Positions 23,117-34,547 of a stretch of DNA of 64,000 nt are shown one piece after another (within the stretch, counting starts at the first letter, position 1; each line of letters opens with the position of its first letter). Origin of the DNA: Macrostomum lignano (lineage: Eukaryota); the NCBI GenBank assembly GCA_002269645.1, contig NIVC01000124.1, positions 259,443 through 323,442 on the forward strand, written 5' to 3'. The position numbers and the translations under genes were made by a program. Under the pieces are notes generated by a model. That model had not been told where the DNA came from and did no database searches. It saw only the letters and a list, made by a program, of their open reading frames with translations.

Positions 23117-23174
23117 CTAAGACAGACAGACAGACAGACAGACAGATAGACAGACAGACAGACAGACAGACAGG

Positions 23175-23216
<42 letters not shown>

Positions 23217-23251
23217 AACAGACAGACACTAAGACAGACAGACAGACACTA

Positions 23252-23283
<32 letters not shown>

Positions 23284-24027
23284 CGGCAGACAGACAGACA
23301 GACAGACAGACAGACACTAAGACAGATAGACAGACAGACAGACAGTCAGCCTCACCTTCTCCCTCATCACTTTGGTGACGTCGATCTGCGGCTCATTGGG
23401 AAACGGTTTCGTAAACGGCTCCAAATCGTCCCAGCGTCCGCCCCACATGTGTCCGAGAATGTGTCCGGGAATGTGACCGGTCGGCGGGAAGATGCTAGCC
23501 GGGTATTTCTGCATCAAAGCGTGCCTCACATAGCCGTGCAGCTCCTTGTACAGCGGCAGCAGGCCGTTGAACAACTCGGACATAACCTGCTCGAAATCCT
23601 GGCCCTCCTTGGGCTCGTACCAGCTCTGCCAGTACTTGGCGAAATTCGCGTAGCCAGCCTCCTTAATCATCTCGTTTGCCAGATCGACGTACTCCTCGTA
23701 CATCTGCTTCACCGGCCTGCCGCTGGCGTCCCTCCAGCGAGACCACAGAGCCTTCTTGACCGCTTCGCTGACGTCAGGGCTGGCCATCAGGCTGACGACT
23801 TTAATGAATTGTGAATGAAGTTATTTGATAGCAAAATGAGACAGACAAACTCTGAATGTACTTTTAGAAATTTGATGGCTAGAAATCTTTTCAAAAGCGC
23901 GCACCTCGTGACAGGGGAATTGGCTCCCCGGTGTCTGGATGCTCCACGGTGGCTGTGCTCTCAATTCGAATCATATCGCTCCTCAGCTGACCGAACTGCA
24001 GGGGGGGGGGGAAAGCTGCCGTTTGTC

Positions 24028-24075
<48 letters not shown>

Positions 24076-24081
24076 GTCTTA

Positions 24082-24119
<38 letters not shown>

Positions 24120-24125
24120 GTCTTA

Positions 24126-24175
<50 letters not shown>

Positions 24176-24178
24176 TAG

Positions 24179-24263
<85 letters not shown>

Positions 24264-24267
24264 GCCA

Positions 24268-24342
<75 letters not shown>

Positions 24343-24718
24343 CATCCAGCCTCACCCGAGTCTGCTTGGCCTCATCCGTCACAATCGATGTCCCAATATC
24401 GGCAGCCTTGGTGAACATTCGTTTAAGCCGCTCGTTGCCCAGGTTGGCCCAGTCGAACCGCTGGTCCATCTCCTGCCGCTTGCCGAGCATGAACTGGCTC
24501 AGCTGCAGTCTGGCTGCCAGTTCGGCCATCTTATTCTCCTGATTGATGTCCGTGTTGGACGCCCAGCTGGCTTCCACCACCTTGTTCAGGAGTATCCTGT
24601 GCTCCCCGCTGAACTGCTCAAACCATAACGTTGCCTCCGTTACATTCGTACTCTTGCTGCCAGCCAGACTGACTGCTGCTAGAAGCAAACAGCTTAGCAG
24701 AAGAGATCTCCGCGTCAT
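20246..24718 (-). CDS. ACE: Angiotensin-converting enzyme-like zinc peptidase (M2), single domain, 647 aa, 7 exons (ACE-A copy 1)
   Basis: Exons 24718-24356, 23995-23905, 23798-23356, 22824-22346, 21898-21737, 21247-21125, 20528-20246 splice into 1944 nt without stops. Signal peptide; HHEMGH zinc motif; [12 protein letters not shown]; [15 protein letters not shown]; hydrophobic C-terminus. Confidence 0.93.
20590..20955. repeat. 26-bp minisatellite GCTAATTGATGCTAATTACACCT(G/T)TA in ACE-A intron 6
   Basis: Direct reading; homologue ~37295-37780. Confidence 0.93.
21990..22320. repeat. 15-bp CCGGGATTCCCCTTA minisatellite in ACE-A intron 4
   Basis: Same family as the ACE-B intron-1 array; homologue ~38800-39290. 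Confidence 0.9.
22862..23345. repeat. (GACA)n array in ACE-A intron 3
   Basis: Direct reading; homologue ~39838-40742. Confidence 0.96.
24030..24340. repeat. (TGTC)n array in ACE-A intron 1 (reverse complement of the intron-3 array)
   Basis: Direct reading; homologue ~41421-41778. Confidence 0.96.
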
Positions 24719-25163
24719 TACCTTCACTTTGAGAGGCAAATTTCACACACGAGTTAGAAATTTTCTGTTGCAACAACGCCATAATAGTTGGCTTTTAATT
24801 TCTGCGAATTTAGATAAACCTGGAAGGTTTTTGCGCGCGGCGGGCTATCTTGTACAATCAGACCACGTGACTTGATTGCAGTGCGGCCTGAGGGTTACTG
24901 TGCAGCGTGCAGCCAAACTGCTACATGTAAGCCATTTGGAATCAGTCAGTCAGTCAGTCAGTCAGTCAGTCAGTCAGTCAGTCAGTCAGTCAGTCAGTCA
25001 GTCAGTCAGTCAGTCAGTCAGTCAGTCAGTCAGTCAGTCAGTCAGTCAGTCAGTCAGTCAGCCAGTCAGTCAGTCAGTCAGTCAGTCAGTCAGTCAGTCA
25101 GTCAGTCAGTCAGTCACCCACTCACTCAAGTCAGTCAGTCAGTCAGTCAGTCAGTCAGTCAGT

Positions 25164-26157
25164 CCGCCGCATGAAGCGATTAGAAATGGATCAGCTGTTT
25201 GATTGGCGCAATTTTCGGAATGAAACCTTGAGACGATTGTTCTCCAAGGCGGCCGACATTGGCTTCTCTGTTTTGAACGATACGGAAAAACGGACGCTCG
25301 TGAGATCTCAGACTGTCATAAATCGTGTTGAAATTCCCGAGATTCCCTGCCCAAGATTCCCCTCTTAAGATTCCCTTCCCGAGATTCCATACCAGAGATT
25401 CCCCTGCCCGAGATTCCCCTTCCCGAGATTCCCCTTCCCGAGATTCCCCTTCCCAAGATTCCCCTTCCCGAGATTCCCCTTCCCGAGATTTCTCTCCCAA
25501 GATTCCCTTCCCGAGATTCCCCTGCCCGAGATTCCCCTTTCCGAGATTCCCCTGCCCGAGATTCCCCTTCCCGAGATTCCCCTTCCCGAGATTTCTCTCC
25601 CAAGATTCCCTTCCCGAGATTCCCCTGCCCGAGATTCCCCTTCCCGAGATTCCCCTTCCCGAGATTCCCCTGCCCGAGATTCCCCTTCCCGAGATTCCCC
25701 TTCCCGAGATTTCTCTCCCAAGATTCCCTTCCCGAGATTCTCTTTCCCGAGACTCTCTTTCCCGAGATTTTCTTTCTGAGATTCTCTACCCAAGATTCCT
25801 CTCCCAAGATTCCCTTCCCGAGAATTTCTGCCTAAGATTCCCTTCCTGAGATTCCCTACGCCAGATTCCCTACCCAAGATTCCCTTCCTGAAGGGGGATT
25901 CCCTACGCCAGATTCCTTACCCAAGATTCCTTACCAGAAATTCCCCTTTCCAAGATCCCTTAATGGAGATTCCCTACTCGAGATTCCCCCTCCCGAGATT
26001 CCCCTTCCCGAGATTCCTTTTCTTCCATCATTCCTATCAAAGCCGGTCAACCCCACGCATTTTCAGCGCAACAAGCTGATCTCCCAAATGTCAAATGTCT
26101 ACCGATTGGCGACAGTTGAAGATCCAATCACGAAGCATGAGATTCCTTTTTCACCTA
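25164..26157 (+). pseudogene. ACE-B fragment, unit 2: 3' part of exon 1 (25164-25299) and exon 2 (26067-26157); promoter, ATG and signal peptide deleted
   Basis: (CAGT)n joins directly to CCGCCGCATG of mid-exon 1; ~630 bp missing relative to unit 1. Confidence 0.8.
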
Positions 26158-29100
26158 GTAAGATACGAATTCGTTAAGTAATAGAATAATTTTTTATCTA
26201 ATAATTAATGAATGCAGGTATTATGGACTCATGTTAAGCATCGGAGGCTGCATAGGTACGAGTAGCCAAGAATTATTCTTAAAACACATAAGCCTTTACT
26301 AGCTTCAGAATTTTCAACGACTAGCTACTGAAGTATCAAGGATTAGCTACTGAAGTATCAAGGACTAGCTACTGAAGTATCAAGGATTAGCTACTGAAGT
26401 ATCAAGGATTAGCTACTGAAGTATCAAGGATTAGCAACTGAAGTATCAAGAACTAGCTACTGAAGTATCAAGGATTAGCTACTGAAGTATCAATGATTAG
26501 CTACTGAAGTATCAAGGATTAGCTACTGAAGTATCAAGGATTAGCTACTGAAGTATCAAGGATTAGCTACTGAAGTATCAAGGATTAGCTACTGAAGTAT
26601 CAAGGATTAGCTACTGAAGTATCAAGGATTAGCTACTGAAGTATCAAGGATTAGCTACTGAAGTATCAAGGATTAGCTACTGAAGTATCAAGGATTAGCT
26701 ACTGAAGTATCAAGGATTAGCTACTGAAGTATCAAGAACTAGCTACTGAAGTATCAAGGACTAGCTACTGAAGTATCAAGGATTAGCTACTGAAGTATCA
26801 AGGATTAGCTACTGAAGTATCAAGGATTAGCTACTGAAGTATCAAGGATTAGCAACTGAAGTATCAAGAACTAGCTACTGAAGTATCAAGGATTAGCTAC
26901 TGAAGTATCAATGATTAGCTACTGAAGTATCAAGGATTAGCTACTGAAGTATCAAGGATTAGCTACTGAAGTATCAAGGATTAGCTACTGAAGTATCAAG
27001 GATTAGCTACTGAAGTATCAAGGATTAGCTACTGAAGTATCAAGGATTAGCTACTGAAGTATCAAGGATTAGCTACTGAAGTATCAAGGATTAGCTACTG
27101 AAGTATCAAGGATTAGCTACTGAAGTATCAAGGATTAGCTACTGAAGTATCAAGAACTAGCTACTGAAGTATCAAGGACTAGCTACTGAAGTATCAAGGA
27201 TTAGCTACTGAAGTATCAAGGATTAGCTACTGAAGTATCAAGGATTAGCTACTGAAGTATCAAGGATTAGCTACTGAAGTATCAAGGATTAGCTACTGAA
27301 GTATCAAGGATTAGCTACTGAAGTATCAAGGATTAGCTACTGAAGTATCAAGGATTAGCAACTGAAGTATCAAGAACTAGCTACTGAAGTATCAAGGATT
27401 AGCTACTGAAGTATCAAGGATTAGCTACTGAAGTATCAAGGATTAGCTACTGAAGTATCAAGGATTAGCTACTGAGGTATCAATGGAGTGACTGTGACAG
27501 TGATGGAGTGACTGTGACTGTGATGGAGTGACTGTGATGGAGTGACTGTAACTGTGATGGAGTGACTGTGACTGTGATGGAGTGACTGTGACTGTGATGG
27601 AGTGACTGTGACTGTGATGAAGTGACTGCGAGTGTGATGGAGTGACTGTGACTGTGATGGAGTGACTGTAACTGTGATGGAGTGACTGTAAATGTGATGG
27701 AGTGACTGTGACTGTGATGGAGTGACTGTGACTGTGATGGAGTGACTGTGACTGTGATGAAGTGACTGCGAGTGCGATGGAGTGACTGTGACTGTGATGG
27801 AGTGACTGTAACTGTGATGGAGTGACTGTAAATGTGATGGAGTGACTGTGACTGTGATGGAGTGACTGTGACTGTGATGAAGTGACTGTAACTGTGATGA
27901 AGCGACTGTGAGTGTGATGGAGTGACTGTGACTGTGATGAAGTGACTGCGAGTGTGATGGAGTGACTGTAAATGCGATGGAGTGACAGTGGGTGTAATAG
28001 AGTGACAGTGAGAGTAACAGAGTGACTGTGACTGTGATGGAGTTACTGTGAATGCGATGGAGTGACAAGAGGTGAGACGGAGTGACAGCGAGTGTGAAAG
28101 TGTGACAGTGAGTGTGACAGAATGACAGTATGATGAGAAGAGATTTGCACTCTCCAGATTTCTTTTTCAAGGTGTCCCTGGCGCGACCGTCAAGAGAGTG
28201 AGGGGTAAGGGGGATATTTTCTAGAGCAAGGGGAGCACTTCCCAAATCACAGGGGGCTGCCCGGCCAGCTGATTAAAATTAATTAGGTCCGTCCGAATGC
28301 AAATTAGTGGCCGCTGCGCCAGCTAGGGATGTGGGGGTGTCTTTCGCGGAATCTCTGAGTCCAGTCAGCAAGTATATGAGATCCTCAGGCCTTTATCAGA
28401 GTATAGCAAGTTTCCCTCACTCTGCGCTTTTGCCCGAGATTTCTGGCCAGCCGCTTTGAAGGATTTGAAAGACGAGGGAAAAAAACTTTTTTTCTCGGCT
28501 TCAAGAATGGCGGTCGGTCATGATTGCTGCTTTGAGAGAAAAAGAAAGTTCTTAACTTTTATTTTGTCTGGCTTCAGCGAGATTTCCAAGATAGGGTTTC
28601 CCTGTATAGGTTGGAAGTTTCTAGAAAATCTTCCTAATTGGGGTGCCACAGAGTTAATATTAACTAGGGCTGTGAATGAGAACTGTGAATGAGACAGGCG
28701 TGAAAATGAGTGTGATGGAGTGAGTGTGAATAGGATGTAGTGACTGTGAATGTGATAGAGTGACTGTGAGAGTGATGGAGTGACAGTGAGTGTGATGGAG
28801 TGACTGTGTGCGATGGAGTGACAGTGAGTGTAATAGAGTGATTGTGAGTGTGATAGAGTGACTGTGAGTGTGATGGAGTGACTGTGAGTGTTATGGAGTG
28901 ACTGTGAGTGTGATGGAGTGACAGTGAGTGTGATGGAGTGACAGTGAGTGTAATAGAGTGATTGTCAGTGTGATAGAGTGACTGTGAGTGTGATGGAGTG
29001 ACAGTGAGTGTGATGGAGTGACTGTGAGAGTGATGGAGTGACAATGAGTGTAATGGAGTGACAGTGAGAGTGATGGAGTGTCAGTGAGTGTGATGGAGTG

Positions 29101-30588
29101 ACTGTGAGAGTGATGGAGTGACAATGAGTGTAATGGAGTGACAGTGAGAGTGATGGAGTGACAGTGAGTGTGATGGAGTGACTGTGAGTGCGATGGAGTG
29201 ACTTGAGTGTAATAGAGTGACAGTGAGAGTGATAGAGTGAGTGTAAGTATGAGAGACAGACAATGAGTCGTACAGAGTGACAGTGCTAGGGTGAGAGTGA
29301 CAGTGAAATAGAGGGAGACTGACAAAATGAGACAATATTATGGTGAGGCAGTAAGAAATTAAATCAACACTACTTTTATTTGTATGGCAATTTTCAGTTC
29401 CAGGTTTAATAACTTTATTCGACTAGAAAAATAATTCTTTAGTTGTACTTTTAAGTTTAACAGCAGATTGCGGTATGTAACTTGCGAGTGACAAATTACC
29501 AAGCCAGGCTCATTAACCTCCTAAGTCTATAAGGCGGCTTGTGGGGGCGCCTTCTGACTTATTCACTTAATTTGGCGCCTTCTGACTTATTCACTTAATT
29601 TGGCGCCTTCTGACTTATTCACTTAATTTGGCGCTTTCTGACTTATTCACTTAATTTGGCGCCTTCTGACTTATTCACTTAATTTGGCGCCTTCTGACTT
29701 ATTTACCGAATTTGGCGCCTTCTGACTTATTCACTTAATTTGGCGCTTTCTGACTTATTCACTTAATTTGGCGCCTTCTGACTCATTCACTTAATTTGGC
29801 GCCTTCTGACTTATTCACTTAATTTGGCGCCTTCTGACTTATTCACTTAATTTGGCGCCTTCTGACTCATTCACTTAATTTGGCGCCTTCTGACTTATTC
29901 ACTTAATTTGGCGCCTTCTGACTTATTCACTTAATTTGGCGCCTTCTGACTCATTCACTTAATTTGGCGCCTTCTGACTTATTCACTTAATTTGGCGCCT
30001 TCTGACTTATTTACCGAATTTGGCGCCTTCTGACTCATTCACTTTATTTGGCGCCTTCTGACTTATTTACCGAATTTGGCGCCTTCTGACTTATTCACTT
30101 AATTTGGCGCCTTCTGACTTATTCACTTTATTTGGCGCCTTCTGACTTATTCACTTAAAAAGGCGCCTTCTGACTCATTCACTTAATTTGGCGCCTTCTG
30201 ACTTACTCACTTTATTTGGCGCCTTCTGACTTATTCACTTTATTTGGCGCCTTCTGACTCATTAAACTAATTTGGCGCCTTCTGACTTATTCACTTTATT
30301 TGGCGCCTCCATGGCGTCAACAATCTTGGCGCCTCCAGTCAAACGCTCGACTTTGTTGAGTTCCCAATTCGCTAGCCGCATCCACCCCCCAAGAATTCCT
30401 GACCAATGGGAACTGTGCTAGCCAGTATTTTCTAAGGCTTAATACCCTCACAGTAGTGTATAAAATATGCTGAAAAATTCCAATAGGAATTTTGTCCTCT
30501 TCGCCGCGTTATTTTCTCATTTGAAATGCTCAAATAAACAACTAATTCACGCGAGGTTCGATTTTAAACGAAAACTACAGTTCAAACT

Positions 30589-31696
30589 ATGGAAGGTGTA
30601 AAATTAACCCGATCCAAGTCGCTGCCCGATTCGAGACTATTCGAAGCTTTGGTTCGAAAATTTTCCAGGTGAGCCATGTTGCCCCCCCCCCCCTAATCTC
30701 ACCTCATTAGCACCTGTTTAATGAATGTATTCTGGGCAATAATGCTCAGTAATGATGCTTAATACCGAAATGTCGTCGAATCCAAACTTGGGAATTCTTT
30801 GTCAACTGGGGATCTGGGAGGGCGGCCGCCCAGCAACTGGGGATCTGGGAGGGCGGCCGCCCAGCAACTGGGGATCTGGGAGGGCGGCCGCCCAGCAACT
30901 GGGGATCTGGGAGGGCGGCCGCCCAGCAACTGGGGATCTGGGAGGGCGGCCGCCCAGCAACTGGGGATCTGGGAGGCTGGCCCAGCAACTGAGGATCTGG
31001 GAGGCTGGCCCAGCAACTGAGGATCTGGGAGGCTGGCTCAGCAACTGAGGATCTGGGAGGCTGGTCCAGCAACTGAGGATTTGAGAGGCTGGCCCAGCAA
31101 CTGAGGATCTGAGAGGCTGGCTCAGCAACTGAGGATCTGAGAGGCTGGCTCAGCAACTGAGGATCTGAGAGGCTGGCCCAGCAACTGAGGATCTGAGAGG
31201 CTGGCCAAGCAACTGAGGATCTGGGAGGGCAGCCGCCCAGCAACTGAGGATCTGGAAGGCTGTCTCAGCAACTGAGGATCTGAGAGGCTGGCTCAGCAAC
31301 TGAGGATCTGAGAGGCTGGCCCAGCAACTGAGGATTTAGGAGGCTGGCTCAGCAACTGAGAATCTGGGAGGCTGGCTCAGCAACTGAGGATCTGGGAGGC
31401 TGGTCCAGCAACTGAGGATTTGAGAGGCTGGCCCAGCAACTTAGGATCTGGGAGGCTGGTCCAGCAACTGAGAATCTGGGCAGTCCATTCCCAGCGGCTA
31501 CTCTGGACGCTTTGGCTTCGATATTACCAATCTATTAATATTTCTGGGTGTCAGGACTGGATTAAGAGAGCTGGCCAGCTTCCAGCGCCCTCTCGGTCTG
31601 GGAATGTCTCGGCCGCGAACTGTGCAGATGATTTATGGCGCATGTTACAATACGCTGGGGAAAATAGGGATTTCAATGCATCTAATACATGTATAA
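30589..31696 (+). CDS. Unit-2 copy of the putative small spliced gene (exons 30589-30668, 31495-31696)
   Basis: Homology to 13550-14934 with the frame intact. Confidence 0.48.
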
Positions 31697-31966
31697 AGAT
31701 ATATATATATATATATTTAGGTCTGCGAAACTGGGAGCTCAAGTCGTCAGATTATGCTTGATAGGATTTCGGGTGCTCAACTGGTGGATATTTTGTTGCG
31801 TCTTATTTTTGATTGTGGTGTCTTTGTTGTCTTAGCAATTGAGGTTGTTGTTGAAATCGAAGTTTTCGTAGTTTTGAGGTTATTGTTGTTGTTGTTGAAA
31901 TTGTGGTGGTTGTTGTTGTTGAAATTGAGGTTGTTGTTGTTGTTGTTGTTGTTGTTGAAATTCAGG

Positions 31967-32001
<35 letters not shown>

Positions 32002-34076
32002 GAAATTCAGGTTGTTGTTGTTGTTGAAATTGAGGTTGTCATTGTTATTTTTATTGATTTAATTGAGGTTGTTGTTTTTGAAATTGAAGTCGCTGTCGGT
32101 GTTGTCGGTGTTGAAATCGAAGTTATTGTTACTGTTGATAAAATTATAAGTTCTTTGTTATTGTTATTGTTAAAATTGACGTTGCCGTTGTTATTTTTCA
32201 ATTTGAAATTGTACTTTTATTAATGTAAGGGTCATGGACGGCTGAACCCTTGGCTAACATCAGCGGGCCAAATACAATTTGTCATTAGTACTGTAAGTAA
32301 CTGTAAGCGCCAGAAACGGCAGGGCAGGAGTAATGGGATCAAAAGCAAGGAAAGGTGCACGTGGAAAAAATGGCATAGCGAAGGTGGACAGCTCGATCGG
32401 TTTCCGCACTAATGCCTTATTTATTTTTATTAGATTGTCGTCCAGAGCTTAAAAGTTGTGTCCGCAGCAACAGTTGCCGCATAATTTCACCGAAATGCTT
32501 TCATATTTCTGCTCTGTCTGTCCTTCACCAGCTTTTAGAATGATTTGCCATCTTTCTCTGACGGAAGAAGCATCCTCATTGGCCATTCCATCTAGAAGAA
32601 AAAATGCAAAAGCAATTAGCCGCAGATTCCTGCACTCCAGCCGAAATTGCAATACGATTTATCTTTGCCTCGGCATCAACTGCTGGCTGCTGCCGCCGAG
32701 ACTGAAGGGGTCCTGTGGAGTTTCATCGCTCTTTTGAGTCAAGGAGGGTCTGGGAGCTGCGAGGGTACCGGTAGCTCAGCAACTGAGGGTCTGGGAGCTG
32801 CGAGGGTGGCGGTAGCTCAGCAACTGAGGGTCTGGGAGCTGCGAGGGTGGCGGTAGCTCAGCAACTGAGAATCTGGGAGCTGCGAGGGTGGCGGTAGCTC
32901 AGCAACTGAGAATCTGGGAGGCTGGTCCAGCAACTGAGGATTTAGGAGGCTGGCCCAGCAACTGAGGATCTGGGAGGCTGGCCCAGCAACTGAGGATCTG
33001 GGAGGCTGGTCCAGCAACTGAGGATTTAGGAGGCTGGCCCAGCAACTGAGGATCTGGGAGGCTGGCCCAGCAACTGAGGATCTGGGAGGCTGGTCCAGCA
33101 ACTGAGGATTTAGGAGGCTGGCCCAGCAACTGAGGATCTGGGAGGCTGGCCCAGCAACTGAGGATCTGGGAGGCTGGTCCAGCAACTGAGGATTTAGGAG
33201 GCTGGCCCAGCAACTGAGGATCTGGGAGGCTGGCCCAGCAACTGAAGATTTTGGAGGCTGGCTCAGAAACTGAGGATTTAGGAGGCTGGCCCAGCAACTG
33301 AGGATCTGGCTAGCCCAGCAACCGAGAATCTGGGAGGCTGGCCCAACAACTGAGGATCTGGGAGGCTGGCCCAGCAACCGAGAATCTGAGAGGCCAACCC
33401 AGCAACTGAGGATCTGGGAGGCTGGCCCAGCAACCGAGAATCTGAGAGGCTAACCCAGCAACTGAGGATCTGGGAGGCTGGCCCAGCAACCGAGGATTTG
33501 GGAGGCTGGCCCAGCAACTGAGGATCTGGGAGACTGGATCAGCAACTGAGGATCTGGGAGGCTGGATCAGCAACTGAGGATCTGGGAGGCTGGATCAGCA
33601 ACTGAGGATTTAGGAGGCTGGCCCAGCAACTGAGGATCTGGCTAGCCCAGCAACCGAGAATCTGGGAGGCTGGCCCAGCAACTGAGGATCTGGGAGGCTG
33701 GCCCAGCAACCGAGGATTTGGGAGGCTGGCCCAGCAACTGAGGATCTGGGAGGCTGGATCAGCAACTGAGGATCTGGGAGGCTGGCCCAGCAACTGATGA
33801 TCTGGGAGGCTGGCCCAGCAACCGAGGATTTGGGAGGCTGGCCCAGCAACTGAGGATCTGGGAGACTGGATCAGCAACTGAGGATCTGGGAGGCTGGATC
33901 AGCAACTGAGGATCTGGGAGGCTGGATCAGCAACTGAGGATTTAGGAGGCTGGCCCAGCAACTGAGGATCTGGGAGGCTAGCCCAGCAACTGAGGATCTG
34001 GGAGGCTGGTGGCCTAGAAACTGAGAATAATCCAGCGCCCCATCTCCGCCTCTCCAGCATCCCCAGCTCAGTCGGC

Positions 34077-34547
34077 ATGGCCGGCCGCAGCTGCAGCCGG
34101 CAGGACTCGCAGGCCCTCCGTGAGGCCTACTCAAGCAGCGAATGCGACTCAACATCTTCATCTTCATCAAGCTCTGAGAGCCTCTCCAGCTGCAGCAGCA
34201 GCGACTCGGAGGAATCCAACGATTGCTCAGCTTCCTCGAGTGCTTCATCAACGTCTTCATCCTCCTTCGAAGGATCGGTTCAGGTCGACAGCGTGTCGAC
34301 AGATCGCCGCCCCGACTCCGATCAGTTGAGTTTCATCGATTTGCGAGGCGCCAGGAGGCGCCAAGATCGGCGCCAAGATCGGCGCCAAGATCGGCGCCCG
34401 CTGAGCGCGCTGTCAGAGGAGTCCACCGAGAGTGGCGACGGCAGCGCTTCGGCGTCAGCTGCTGCTGCATCGGCGGCAGCGGCAGCAGCTGGGCCTAGGC
34501 CTGCCAGTTATATGATTTACTCAACATATCGGCGCTGGATTATCTAA
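34077..34547 (+). CDS. Unit-2 copy of the Ser-rich hypothetical ORF
   Basis: In-frame 12-bp deletion relative to unit 1. Confidence 0.38.
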   Translation: MAGRSCSRQDSQALREAYSSSECDSTSSSSSSSESLSSCSSSDSEESNDCSASSSASSTSSSSFEGSVQVDSVSTDRRPDSDQLSFIDLRGARRRQDRRQDRRQDRRPLSALSEESTESGDGSASASAAAASAAAAAAGPRPASYMIYSTYRRWII

